In this document: positions 33,293 through 43,580 of the stretch, one piece after another
Layout: each line of letters opens with the position of its first letter
Numbering within the stretch: position 1 is the stretch's first letter
Assembly (NCBI GenBank): GCA_050952645.1
Contig: JBMNLI010000007.1
Coordinates: forward strand, 64,001-128,000
Length of the DNA: 64,000 nt
DNA from: Bdellovibrionota bacterium
GTDB taxonomy: Bacteria > Bdellovibrionota_C > UBA2361 > CAKMMH01
Direction: 5' to 3'
Program-made: the position numbers and the translations under genes
The notes under the pieces: model-generated
Seen by the model: the letters and a program-made list of their open reading frames with translations, nothing else
Databases searched by the model: none
Told to the model about the DNA's origin: nothing

Positions 33293-34792
33293 ATGCCAAT
33301 AAATTCAGCAGACTTAGGATTTGAGAACGAAATTTGGAGTGCAGCAAATAGACTAAGAGGAAATATGGATGCTTCAGAATACAAGCATGTAGTATTAGGG
33401 CTAATATTTTTAAAATATATATCAGATAGCTATGAAAATAGATATCAAGAACTTTTAGAAGAAGGTGCAGGCTTTGAAGAGGAAAAAGATGAATACATAG
33501 GAGAAAACATCTTCTATGTACCTGAAAAAGCTAGATGGTCCTATATATCAAGGCATGCCAATCAAGCTGAAATAGGCCAAGTAATAGACCAAGCTATGGT
33601 TGCCATCGAAAATGAGAATATTAGACTAAAAGGGATTTTACCTAAAAATTTTGCCAGGCCTGAATTAGACAAAAGGAAACTAGGAGAGGTAGTAGATTTA
33701 TTTACAAATATTGCTTTAGTTGATTATGGTGATAAAAAGGATATTTTAGGCAGAACCTATGAATTTTGCTTAGCTATGTTTGCAGAACAGGAAGGAAGAA
33801 GAGCTGGTGAGTTTTACACTCCTTCGTCCATAGTAAAGACTCTGGTTGAAATTTTAGAACCCTATAATGGGCAAGTTTATGATCCTGCCTGCGGAGCTGG
33901 AGGTATGTTTGTGCAGTCAGCAAAGTTTGTTGAAAATCATCATGGTTCCATAAGAGATATATCAGTTTTTGGACAAGAAGCAAATCCAACAACCTGGAAG
34001 CTTGCGCACATGAATTTAGCTATTAGAGGAATAGAAGCTAATTTAGGTAAAGAATTTGCAGATACATTTTTTAATGACCAACACCCAACCCTAAGAGCAG
34101 ATTTTGTCCTAGCTAATCCACCCTTCAACATGTCAAACTGGGGAGGTAACAGTCTTATGGATGATAAAAGATGGAAGTACGGGGCACCCCCACAAGGAAA
34201 TGCAAACTTTGCCTGGCTACAACATATGATCTACCATCTTTCACCCAAGGGGAAAATAGGAATGGTTCTAGCCAATGGATCCCTATCTAGCCAAACTGGT
34301 GGAGAAGGTAAAATTAGAGAAAATATAATAAAAGATGACCTTGTAGAATGTATAGTAGCTATGCCTACACAACTATTCTACTCAACAGGAATACCAGTGT
34401 CCCTTTGGATCTTAAATAAGGATAAAAAACAAAAAGGCAAGACCCTCTTTATTGATGCAAGGAACATGGGAGAAATGGTTACTAAAGCCCATAGGGATCT
34501 AAAAGAAGAAGAGATACATAAAATTGCTGACACCTATAAGGGCTTTATAGAAGGAAACTTAGAAGAAGTTCAAGGCTATTCAGCCATAGCAAGTCTAGAA
34601 GATATAGAAAAACATGACTTTGTTCTAACTCCAGGAAGATATGTGGGTATTGAAGATATAGAAGATGATGGTATCCCATTCGATGAGAAAATGGAGAATA
34701 TGACAACTGAGTTAGCCGAACTCTTTGCCAAATCCCGAAAGCTAGAGGATGAGATCAAAAAGAATCTAGGGGGGATTGGGTATGAGGTTTAG
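33293..34792 (+). CDS. hsdM: Type I R-M methyltransferase subunit
   Basis: GEFYTP, YDPACGAGGMF, ANPPFN. Confidence 0.96.
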   Translation: MPINSADLGFENEIWSAANRLRGNMDASEYKHVVLGLIFLKYISDSYENRYQELLEEGAGFEEEKDEYIGENIFYVPEKARWSYISRHANQAEIGQVIDQAMVAIENENIRLKGILPKNFARPELDKRKLGEVVDLFTNIALVDYGDKKDILGRTYEFCLAMFAEQEGRRAGEFYTPSSIVKTLVEILEPYNGQVYDPACGAGGMFVQSAKFVENHHGSIRDISVFGQEANPTTWKLAHMNLAIRGIEANLGKEFADTFFNDQHPTLRADFVLANPPFNMSNWGGNSLMDDKRWKYGAPPQGNANFAWLQHMIYHLSPKGKIGMVLANGSLSSQTGGEGKIRENIIKDDLVECIVAMPTQLFYSTGIPVSLWILNKDKKQKGKTLFIDARNMGEMVTKAHRDLKEEEIHKIADTYKGFIEGNLEEVQGYSAIASLEDIEKHDFVLTPGRYVGIEDIEDDGIPFDEKMENMTTELAELFAKSRKLEDEIKKNLGGIGYEV

Positions 34793-36047
34793 TGAGTGGA
34801 GAGAAGTTAAAGTTTCTGAAATCGGTAAAGTTGTAACTGGTAAAACCCCAAAAACAGCTATTAGCGAGAATTACGGGGGAAATATTCCGTTTTTGACGCC
34901 CTCCGATGACATGAATATAAAAAAAGTAAAAAGTACAGCAAGAACTCTTTCTGAAATGGGACTTAATTCAGTTAAAAACTGTTTGTTACCAGCTAAATCT
35001 ATTTGTGTTAGTTGCATTGGATCAGATTTAGGCAAGGTGGTTTTAACTAGTGAGCCTACAGTAACAAACCAACAGATTAATTCAATTGTTCCAGATGAGA
35101 ATTTTGATCCTGATTTCATATATTATAGAATGACGATTTTGGGAAAACACTTAAATTATTTAAGTAAAACATCTACAGCTGTACCGATAATAAATAAGAC
35201 CACATTTTCAAATTTTTCTATAATAGTGCCATCAATAGAAGAACAAAAAGCCATTGCGCACATCCTCTCAACTTTAGACGAAAAAATCGAAGTAAACAAC
35301 CAGATTAACAAAACCCTTGAGAATATGGCACAGGCAATTTTCAAACAATGGTTTGTAGATTTCGAGTTTCCCAATGAAGATGGAGAACCATATAAGTCCA
35401 GTGGTGGAGAGATGATTGAAAGTGAGCTTGGGATGATTCCTAAGGGGTGGGAAGTAAAGAGAATTGGGGATGAGTGCATCTGTTCCTTAGGAGGCACTCC
35501 TAGTAGACAAAAATCAGATTACTGGAATGGAGATATTCCTTGGGTCAATTCAGGTGAAGTAAATAATTTTAGAATTTATAAACCTTCGGAATATATTACG
35601 AAGTTGGGTTTGGAAAAATCGGCAACTAAATTGCTTAAGAAGAAAACCACTGTTTTAGCAATTACAGGAGCAACATTAGGACAAGTCAGTTTGTTAGAGA
35701 TTGACACTTGTACTAATCAATCTGTAGTCGGTATAAGCGAAAATGATAAGATTTCACACGTATATATATATCCGTATGTAAAAAGTGTTATCGAAAAAAT
35801 AATTGGGAATCAAACTGGTGGAGCACAACAACATATTAATAAAAGAAATGTTGAGGATACAAAATTATTAATTCCAAATAAGAAAGTCCTGAACACTTAT
35901 ACTATATTGGTAAGACCTCAATATGACTTGATATCTTCTATATGTTTTGAAAATGAGCTTTTAACAAGACTTCGCGACTCACTTCTACCCAAACTAATGT
36001 CTGGAGAAATAAGAGTTCCCCTGGATGAGGACGGTGATGCATCGTGA
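34782..36047 (+). CDS. hsdS: Type I R-M specificity subunit
   Basis: Two TRDs; EQKAIAHILSTLDEKIE; LRDSLLPKLMSGEI. Confidence 0.94.
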   Translation: MRFSEWREVKVSEIGKVVTGKTPKTAISENYGGNIPFLTPSDDMNIKKVKSTARTLSEMGLNSVKNCLLPAKSICVSCIGSDLGKVVLTSEPTVTNQQINSIVPDENFDPDFIYYRMTILGKHLNYLSKTSTAVPIINKTTFSNFSIIVPSIEEQKAIAHILSTLDEKIEVNNQINKTLENMAQAIFKQWFVDFEFPNEDGEPYKSSGGEMIESELGMIPKGWEVKRIGDECICSLGGTPSRQKSDYWNGDIPWVNSGEVNNFRIYKPSEYITKLGLEKSATKLLKKKTTVLAITGATLGQVSLLEIDTCTNQSVVGISENDKISHVYIYPYVKSVIEKIIGNQTGGAQQHINKRNVEDTKLLIPNKKVLNTYTILVRPQYDLISSICFENELLTRLRDSLLPKLMSGEIRVPLDEDGDAS

Positions 36048-36145
36048 AGTTTGGCTTTAGAAAACCTAGCTTAAAGAGAAGAATTTCTGCTAGGACCAGT
36101 ATAAAAAGACAGGTTGTGCACCGGGCAGGAATAAAGATGCCTTAA
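36044..36145 (+). pseudogene. Truncated small basic mobile-element protein (MKFGFRKPSLKRRISARTS...)
   Basis: GTG overlaps the hsdS stop; ends at an apparent deletion junction. Confidence 0.5.
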
Positions 36146-36699
36146 TTTGGGAAAGTATACTTAAATACAAGGAAAACAATCCACATGTGAATATTGTTTT
36201 CCTTTCAGAAGATAAAGAGTTTAACGAAACTTTGTCTCAAGAGTTTGAGAATCGCTTTGGTGATAAAATACACATTATAAAAAAAGAAGAAGAATTCACA
36301 GTATTAAAGACAATTACAGAAGAAATATATGCTGTGATTGGTGAGGTCCTGATAACTAAGCCTGATACTGTCTCTTATGATGAAAAGCTAAAGGGGGCTT
36401 TTTATGAGTGGTATGATAGTGAAGTATTTGAAGAAGAGTTAGAAAATGCTATAAATAAATATATAAATAGAAGGGAAAAATTTATTAGATACAATGAGTT
36501 GTTGGATAAAGAAATAAAGGAGATAGAATTTATTAATGAGGATAAAATGATTTTGGTTATGGATTGTAATATTGAGCTAGAAAACAAGAAAATTACAGGA
36601 GAAAAGTTTGAGGCAATAGAAAGATTTGCATTTAACATTAAAGTGTATGAAGATTTCTTTAAAATCGAAAATGTAGTTGAAATAGATTTGGAGGGTTAA
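36133..36699 (+). pseudogene. 5'-truncated PIN-like (DUF4935-type) protein
   Basis: The frame of the 36187 ORF reads KDALIWESILKY...IVFLSEDKEF upstream of and through the called start. Confidence 0.55.
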
Positions 36700-36716
36700 A
36701 AAGGAGGGACAGGCCT

Positions 36717-39700
36717 ATGAAATTTACAGAAGATATATATGAAGGAGCAATCTTAGAAATAATCCAAGATCTAGGATATACCTATATACCTGCTGGGGAC
36801 ATAGAAAGAGACTCATATAAAGATCCACTTTACATGGGAGACCTCTATGAGTCTTTGGTTAGGATTAACCCTAGCCTATCTTTGGATGTAATAGGCTCAG
36901 CTATCTTCAACTTGCAAAATATAAATGTAGGTAGCCTGGTTCAAAGGAATAAAATCTTTATGGGTTGGCTTCAAAATGGAATGGAAGTAAGCTATATGGA
37001 AAATGGTCAAGAAAAGACCGCTCTAGTCTATCTTGTAGATTTTAAGGAAGAGGATCTTGATAAGAACTCTTTTGTTATAACCAATCAATGGACTGTAGCC
37101 GGAAACTATCAAAACAGGAGGCCTGACCTAGTCCTATTTGTAAATGGCCTTCCCCTAGTAGTTATGGAACTAAAATCAGGCTCATCAGAAAGCGCAGACA
37201 TATCTTCAGCCTATAGGCAGATAAAAAACTACCAAAAAGATATAGAAGAACTATTTGTCTATAATGCCTTTAATATTATATCAGACCATACCTATTCCAA
37301 GGCAGGAACTATTTCCTCCAGTGAAGAATGGTACAAGGAGTGGAAGACTGAAGATGGGTCCTATGAAGATACTAGGTATGCAGCCTATGATGTTCTTTTT
37401 AAGGGTATTTTAGAAAAGTCAAGGTTCCTAGATATTATTAAAAACTTCTTAATGTTTGAAAATAAAACTCCCCAAGATATAAAGATAATGGCCCAGTACC
37501 ACCAATACTATGCAGTGAGAAAGGCTGTTGATTCAACCCTAAAAGCTACTGAAACAGACGGTAGAGGTGGGGTTTTTTGGCATACCCAAGGTTCGGGAAA
37601 ATCTTTATCTATGGTTTTTTATATAAAGCTTTTAAACTCCTACTTAAGCAATCCTACATATGTGATTATAACAGATAGAAATGACCTAGATGAACAGCTT
37701 TTTGGTCAATTTTCTAGAGTCAAAGAATTTATAAGGCAAACACCTATCCAGGCTAAGTCTAGAGACAATCTTAAGGAAATACTAGATGGAAGACTGGCTA
37801 ATGGAATATTTTTTACAACCATGCAGAAGTTTTCCGAGTCAGATTCTCCTTTAAGTGACAGAAAAGATATTATTGTAATAGCTGATGAGGCCCACAGAAG
37901 CCAGTATGGTCTAAAAGAGAGAATGGACAAGGATGGAAATATAAGGGTAGGCATGGCTAGAATTATTAGAGATTCTTTACCAAATGCCACCTATATTGGT
38001 TTTACAGGAACACCTATAGAATCTGAAGACAAAGATACTCAAGAAGTCTTTGGAAATTACATAGATATATATGATATGACTCAATCTGTAGAAGATGGAG
38101 CAACGAAACCTATTTACTATGAAAATAGGGTAATTAATCTAGGCTTAAATGAATCAATCCTAGAAGAGATAGATGAAAAATATAAGGAATTAGCCCTTCA
38201 TGCTAGGGAAGAAGACATAGACCAAAGCAAGAGACAACTAAGCAAACTAGAATCCATCTTAGGTTCAGAAACTGTAATAGATGGCTTGGTAACTGATATA
38301 CTTAAGCACTATGAAGAAGATAGGGCCCATTTATTAACAGGTAAAGCTATGATAGTAGCCTACTCTAGACCTATTGCTATGAAGATATATAAAAAACTCT
38401 TAGACCTGAGACCAGAATGGGAAGAAAAGGTTAAGGTGGTTATGACAGGTAATAATAATGATCCAGAAGATTGGAAGGATATCATAGGCAACAACCACCA
38501 TAAGAGGGAACTTGCAGGAAAATTTAAAGATGATGATGACCCAATGAAGATTGCTATAGTAGTAGATATGTGGCTAACAGGTTTTGATGTGCCAAGTTTA
38601 GCTACTATGTATGTATTTAAACCTATGAGGGACCACAACTTAATGCAGGCTATAGCTAGGGTAAATAGAGTTTTCCAAGACAAGGAAGGTGGCCTAGTAG
38701 TAGACTATATAGGTATAGCCAAGGCTCTCAAGGATGCCATGTCTGACTATACAAGAAGAGATAAGGAGAATTATTCCAACCCAGATATTAGAGAAAAGGC
38801 CTATCCTAAATTTCAGGAGAAACTGGAAGTATGTAGGAATGAATTTCTTTTTGGTCTTAAATATAGACCTATATTCGATGAAGACTTAAGTCCTAAAGAT
38901 AGATCTGACCTTATAACAGAAGGTATAAATCATATATATAAATTCAATGAGGACAAGCAAAAATCCTTCAAAGAAGAATCCTATATATTAAGACAAGCCC
39001 ATAGCCTTTGTTCATCCATAAGCACTAGAGAAGAACAAAGAGAAGCAGCCTTTATTGAAGCTATCAGAATAGGAGTAAGTAGGATTGAAAAGGATGGACA
39101 GATATCCCTAAAAGAAATTAATAGGCAGATAGAAGAGCTTTTAGAAAACTCTATAAGGTCTGAGGGGGTAATAAATCTCTTTTCAGATATAGATAGGGAG
39201 TGTTCCTTATTTGATGAAGAATTCCTTATGAGTGTAGCTATGATGAAGCAGAGAAACCTAGCAGTAGAATTGATGAATAAACTTCTAAGGGAACAAATCA
39301 AGCTATATTCAAGGACAAATATAGTTAAATCAGAAGAATTTTCTAAAAAGATGAAAAGAATAATGGACCACTATAGACAAATACAAATAGATAATGCGGA
39401 GAGTCTAGATGAATTTATTCGACAACACCATGATAATGAAGTAAATAAGGTAATAGATGAGCTTCTAGATCTAGCTAGGGATATAGTCAAGGCAGATAAA
39501 ATTGGAGAAGAAATAGGATTAACCAAGGAAGAAACCTCCTTCTACCACGCAATTACATCTCCAGAGGCAGTAAAAGATTTTTATGAAGATGATATTTTAA
39601 TAGAAATGGCTAAGGAATTAACTAAAGAGCTACAAGAGAATGAATCTATTGACTGGCAATATAAAGAGTCTGGTAGGGCTAAGATGAGATCCATCGTAAG

Positions 39701-39809
39701 AAGACTCCTAAGAAAGTACAAGTATCCTCCAGAAGGAGTAAGAGAGGCTCTAGAAATAGTATTAAAGCAGTGTGAGCATTGGACAGAGAGTAGAGAATAT
39801 TTTTATTAG
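36717..39809 (+). CDS. hsdR: Type I R-M restriction subunit
   Basis: RPDLVLFVNGLPLVVMELK, HTQGSGKS, DEAHRSQY, FTGTP, QAIARVNR. Confidence 0.96.
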   Translation: MKFTEDIYEGAILEIIQDLGYTYIPAGDIERDSYKDPLYMGDLYESLVRINPSLSLDVIGSAIFNLQNINVGSLVQRNKIFMGWLQNGMEVSYMENGQEKTALVYLVDFKEEDLDKNSFVITNQWTVAGNYQNRRPDLVLFVNGLPLVVMELKSGSSESADISSAYRQIKNYQKDIEELFVYNAFNIISDHTYSKAGTISSSEEWYKEWKTEDGSYEDTRYAAYDVLFKGILEKSRFLDIIKNFLMFENKTPQDIKIMAQYHQYYAVRKAVDSTLKATETDGRGGVFWHTQGSGKSLSMVFYIKLLNSYLSNPTYVIITDRNDLDEQLFGQFSRVKEFIRQTPIQAKSRDNLKEILDGRLANGIFFTTMQKFSESDSPLSDRKDIIVIADEAHRSQYGLKERMDKDGNIRVGMARIIRDSLPNATYIGFTGTPIESEDKDTQEVFGNYIDIYDMTQSVEDGATKPIYYENRVINLGLNESILEEIDEKYKELALHAREEDIDQSKRQLSKLESILGSETVIDGLVTDILKHYEEDRAHLLTGKAMIVAYSRPIAMKIYKKLLDLRPEWEEKVKVVMTGNNNDPEDWKDIIGNNHHKRELAGKFKDDDDPMKIAIVVDMWLTGFDVPSLATMYVFKPMRDHNLMQAIARVNRVFQDKEGGLVVDYIGIAKALKDAMSDYTRRDKENYSNPDIREKAYPKFQEKLEVCRNEFLFGLKYRPIFDEDLSPKDRSDLITEGINHIYKFNEDKQKSFKEESYILRQAHSLCSSISTREEQREAAFIEAIRIGVSRIEKDGQISLKEINRQIEELLENSIRSEGVINLFSDIDRECSLFDEEFLMSVAMMKQRNLAVELMNKLLREQIKLYSRTNIVKSEEFSKKMKRIMDHYRQIQIDNAESLDEFIRQHHDNEVNKVIDELLDLARDIVKADKIGEEIGLTKEETSFYHAITSPEAVKDFYEDDILIEMAKELTKELQENESIDWQYKESGRAKMRSIVRRLLRKYKYPPEGVREALEIVLKQCEHWTESREYFY

Positions 39810-39836
39810 AGAATTAGGGATAAAGGAGGTTATTAA

Positions 39837-40748
39837 ATGATTCCAAAATATGATGAAATGATTTTACCTATTTTAAAAATTATTTCAGATGGACAAGAAT
39901 ATAATAATAGTAGGATAGAAGATGAGCTGAGCAAGGTTTTTAATTTCACCGATGAAGATAGAAAAATGAAACATAAATCAGGAGTAAGGATAGTATATGA
40001 CAGAATCAGTTGGACTAAATCATATATGAAGCAAGCTAGATTAATAGAGGTGCCTAAGAGAGGAATTTTTAATATTAGTGCTAGAGGACTACAAGTTTTA
40101 GAAGATGATATTGATCTAGTTGATAGGAATTATTTAATGAAATTTCAAGAATTCAGGGATTTTATAAACAGAGGAAAAAATGAGAATTCAGTGGAAGATA
40201 TTCTAGAAGAAGTAGATAGTGAAGATACTCCCTTGGAGACTATAGAAAAATCTATGAAAAAATTAAATTCTTCTTTAATAGAGGATGTATTAGAAAAGCT
40301 TATAGCCATTGACTTTTATAAATTTGAAGATATTGTATTGGATCTTTTAATTAAAATGGGTTATGGAGGATCTAAAGAAGAGGCTAAACAATCTACCAGT
40401 AAAACTCAAGATGGAGGAATAGATGGAATAATTAATGAAGATAGATTGGGCTTAGATAGGATCTACATACAGGCAAAAAGATGGAAAGATACTGTTGTAG
40501 GCAGACCTGAAATTCAAAAATTTTCCGGTGCTCTAGATACTCCAGGAGCAATGAAGGGAGTTTTTATAACAACCTCAACTTTTTCAGATTCTGCAATTCA
40601 ATATGCTAAAGACTTGGTAAATAAAAAGATAATTTTAATTGATGGCATCCAATTGGCAAATTATATGATTGAATTTAATTTGGGTGTATCAACAGATATA
40701 GTTTATGAAATTAAAAGAATAGATAGTGATTATTTTTTAGAAGAGTGA
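39837..40748 (+). CDS. mrr: Mrr type IV restriction endonuclease
   Basis: N-terminal wHTH MIPKYDEMILPIL; DGGIDGII, IYIQAKRW, GVFITTS. Confidence 0.93.
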   Translation: MIPKYDEMILPILKIISDGQEYNNSRIEDELSKVFNFTDEDRKMKHKSGVRIVYDRISWTKSYMKQARLIEVPKRGIFNISARGLQVLEDDIDLVDRNYLMKFQEFRDFINRGKNENSVEDILEEVDSEDTPLETIEKSMKKLNSSLIEDVLEKLIAIDFYKFEDIVLDLLIKMGYGGSKEEAKQSTSKTQDGGIDGIINEDRLGLDRIYIQAKRWKDTVVGRPEIQKFSGALDTPGAMKGVFITTSTFSDSAIQYAKDLVNKKIILIDGIQLANYMIEFNLGVSTDIVYEIKRIDSDYFLEE

Positions 40749-40764
40749 AGATATTGAATGTAAA

Positions 40765-40810
40765 TCTCCCAGTTGAATTTTAAAAATCTAACTGGGAGAC
40801 TTTTATTTTA
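40765..40810 (+). terminator. Rho-independent terminator after mrr
   Basis: TCTCCCAGTT/AACTGGGAGA plus T tract. Confidence 0.75.
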
Positions 40811-40912
40811 ACTAGGGGCTTAGGGGGAACCCCTAAATCTTTCTGATAAGAACAAGTAGAAAATTGGCTAGAAGAAGCAAGTCTAAAAAAGGCTGGCTTC
40901 TTCTATTTTTTT

Positions 40913-40943
40913 GTAAGTGTGTCTACACTTACTGTGCTTGCTA
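40913..40943 (+). other. Putative oriT (hairpin plus nic-like GTGCTTGC)
   Basis: GTAAGTGT-gtct-ACACTTAC immediately followed by TGTGCTTGCTA. Confidence 0.5.
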
Positions 40944-41013
40944 TTAAGGTTTTATGAATTTCATCCTAAATTTTCTTTATATTATTTTTCCATAATATTA
41001 TCATAGAAAGATT

Positions 41014-41170
41014 TGTAACTGTAACCTAGGATTTCCAAAGTCCTTAAATAAGGCAAGTATCATAATTTCATATTCCATAACCCTTGATATAAGAAGCTTT
41101 CATTTTTTTCCTGGTCTATTTCTAAGGGTTTTAAAAGTTTGGTTACAAGTTACAAGGTTACAAAGTTACA
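41014..41170. repeat. Inverted GTTACA iteron-like sets flanking an AT-rich spacer (putative replication origin)
   Basis: TGTAAC x2 (41014, 41020); GTTACA x4 (41142, 41149, 41157, 41165). Confidence 0.55.
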
Positions 41171-41329
41171 ATTAATCTTATCTTTTTTTCTGTGTCTATT
41201 TTTTCTTTTCTGGATTTACTTTTTCAAAATAGCGAATCAAAAGGCTTATATTTTCACTCTTATATATAAGGGGGGAAAATATTTCTCCCTAAATAAAAAG
41301 AGTGAAAAAAAGTAAAGGAGAAGAAAAAG

Positions 41330-41476
41330 ATGAGAAATGAAGTTTTAGAATATAGTATCCAGCTAGCCATGCTTAGGCAATTATTACTTGAAAAGCTAAT
41401 AGATAAAAGAGAATATTTTAAGATAAAAGAAGTACTTATGAAAGAATATAATATTTCTTCAGATTTGACCTGCTAA
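41330..41476 (+). CDS. 48-aa SHOCT-like protein upstream of the recombinase (missed by the ORF track)
   Basis: AGGAG RBS; MRNEVLEYSIQLAMLRQLLLEKLIDKREYFKIKEVLMKEYNISSDLTC. Confidence 0.75.
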   Translation: MRNEVLEYSIQLAMLRQLLLEKLIDKREYFKIKEVLMKEYNISSDLTC

Positions 41477-41535
41477 ATGAAACTAGTCGCGGTAAAATGG
41501 GATTGTATAGAAAAACACAAAAGAGAGGTGGTCAA

Positions 41536-43377
41536 ATGAAGAAGGTAGAAGTAATAAAAGGTGAAGGGCTTTTAGCAGGTGTAAGAAATGGACTAGAGAT
41601 TAATTTGAAAAGGGTAGCAGCCTATTGTAGGGTAAGTACTGACAGTGAAGATCAACTTCAAAGTTATCAACCCCAGGTCAAATATTATACAGATTTAATC
41701 AATGAAAATCCTGATTGGACTATGGCAGGAATATATGCAGATGAAGCTATCACAGGGACACAGATAGATAAAAGACTAGATTTTTAAAGGCTAATAAATG
41801 ATTGTATGAATGGTGATATAGACATGATTATCATCAAGTCTATATCCAGATTTGCTAGGAATACTTTAGATACTCTCAAATATGTAAGGCAATTAAAAGA
41901 AATAAATGTAGCAGTATTTTTTGAAGAGGAAAATATTAATACCTTAACTATGGATGGAGAATTGCTTTTAGTTATCCTTAGTTCAGTTGCCCAGCAGGAG
42001 GTAGAAAATATTTCTGCTAATGTAAAAAAAGGCTTGAAGATGAAAATGCAAAGGGGGGAATTAGTAGGATTTCATGGCTGCCTAGGTTATGATTATGATA
42101 GGAATAGTAAAACCATATCCATAAATGAAGATGAGGCTGAAATAGTAAAATATATCTTCAGGAGATACTTAGAAGGGGCAGGGGGAAGTGTAGTATGCAG
42201 GGAGTTAGAAAACCTTGGCTACAGATCTCTTAGAGGTTCTAGCAAATGGTCAGCAACTACTGTCTTAGGAATTATAAAAAATGAAAAATACAAGGGAGAT
42301 CTTTTAATGGGAAAGACCTTTACGGTAGACCCTATAAGTAAAAGAAGGTTAGAAAACTTTGGGGAGGAAGATAAGTTTTATATAAAAAACCACCATGAGC
42401 CAATAATTAGTCAAGAAGATTTTGAAAAGGCTCAGGCCATTAGAGAAAAAAGAGCTTGGTCTAGGAATACAGTAAAATCAAAGGATGGAAAAAGAGAAAA
42501 ATTTAGCCGAGAATATGCCTTTTCTTGTTTACTAGAGTGTGGTTTCTGTGGTTCAAATTTATCCAGAAGGACCTGGCATAGTAACTCCCAATATAATAAG
42601 GTCATCTGGCAATGTGTAACAGGAACTAAGAAGGGAATAAGATTTTGTCCTAATTGTAAAGGGATAGAAGAAATAGCCATAGAAAAAGCTTTTCTAGAAA
42701 ACTATAGACAGCTTACATCAAATAATAAAGATACAGTAAGTAAGTTTTTAGAAATAATAGAAAGCACCTTAAATGATAAGAGCCTAGAGAAAAATATAAA
42801 GAAGTTAGAAAGAGAAATCTTTAATATATCCAATAAACAAAATTCCTTAATTGACTTAAGACTAGAGGAAAAGATTGATAGCCACCTATATGAAGAAAAA
42901 TATTTGTCCCTACAGAAGGACTTCTTAGAAAAAACTAAGGAAAAAGAATCCTTAGAATTTAATCTGATAAACAACAATGAAATAAAAAGCAGGATGAAAA
43001 CCTTCAAATCCATCTTAGAAAAAAAGAAAGTTCTAAAGGAATTTGACAGGTATGTATTTGAAAGCATAGTAGAGAAGGTAATAGTGGGAGAAATAGATGA
43101 AAAGGGTAATGCAGATTCATATAAGCTTACTTTTATCTATAAGACAGGCTTTAAGTATGATTTAAATGGAGAAGATTTTAAGCCTCCTAGAAAGAATGCT
43201 AAGAAGAATAAGGGAGATAAAAAAGACTTCGATAAATTGTCTTCTCTTATTGAAAACAAGGAAGAAAAATTTCCTTCCCATATAACTAACTCCACACATA
43301 GAGGTTGTAGGGGTGCTTCAAGCGTTAAATTGATGATATTTTTTTTTAAACTAAATTTTTTCTTGAATTGGAACTAA
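41536..43377 (+). pseudogene. Large serine recombinase with one in-frame TAA (41785-41787); reads through attR into host DNA
   Basis: AYCRVST, YADE, KSISRFARN, recombinase domain, CGFCG zinc ribbon, coiled coil; the two ORF-track pieces are in the same frame. Confidence 0.9.
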
Positions 43378-43471
43378 AATATTTATTATTTAAAAGTTAA
43401 ATTTAGCTTTTTTTTTGTAGACTATATAAAAAATAGTAAAAGAGATATGTCTAACTATGGTTAGCAACGCT
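43295..43471 (+). repeat. Host DNA copy A: displaced rlmD 3' end, intergenic region and start of the next gene
   Basis: Identical to 47548-47725 except T9 vs T10. Confidence 0.93.
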
Positions 43472-43580
43472 AGGTATATGAAGCTGTGGTAATGATATTC
43501 AAAATAAACATTCTTATGAATAGAAAAATACTGTAATAGTTGATATAATCAAGTAATATTATTGGTTAGGAGGTGTTTTT

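Larger units (their letters stand above)
32735..43297. mobile_element. Serine-recombinase integrative element inserted in the rlmD 3' end (attL 32735-32737, attR 43295-43297)
   Basis: Displaced rlmD tail (HIEVVGVLQALN*) follows 43295; rejoined ends give ACTCCAC-AC-GTGGAGT; strong AGGAGG RBSs and visibly fewer CG dinucleotides than the host genes. Confidence 0.88.

Noticed and set aside
41785..41787. Stop-codon readthrough or alternative genetic code
   Set aside because: TAA, TAG and TGA all end conserved genes normally here; a single nonsense mutation is simpler.
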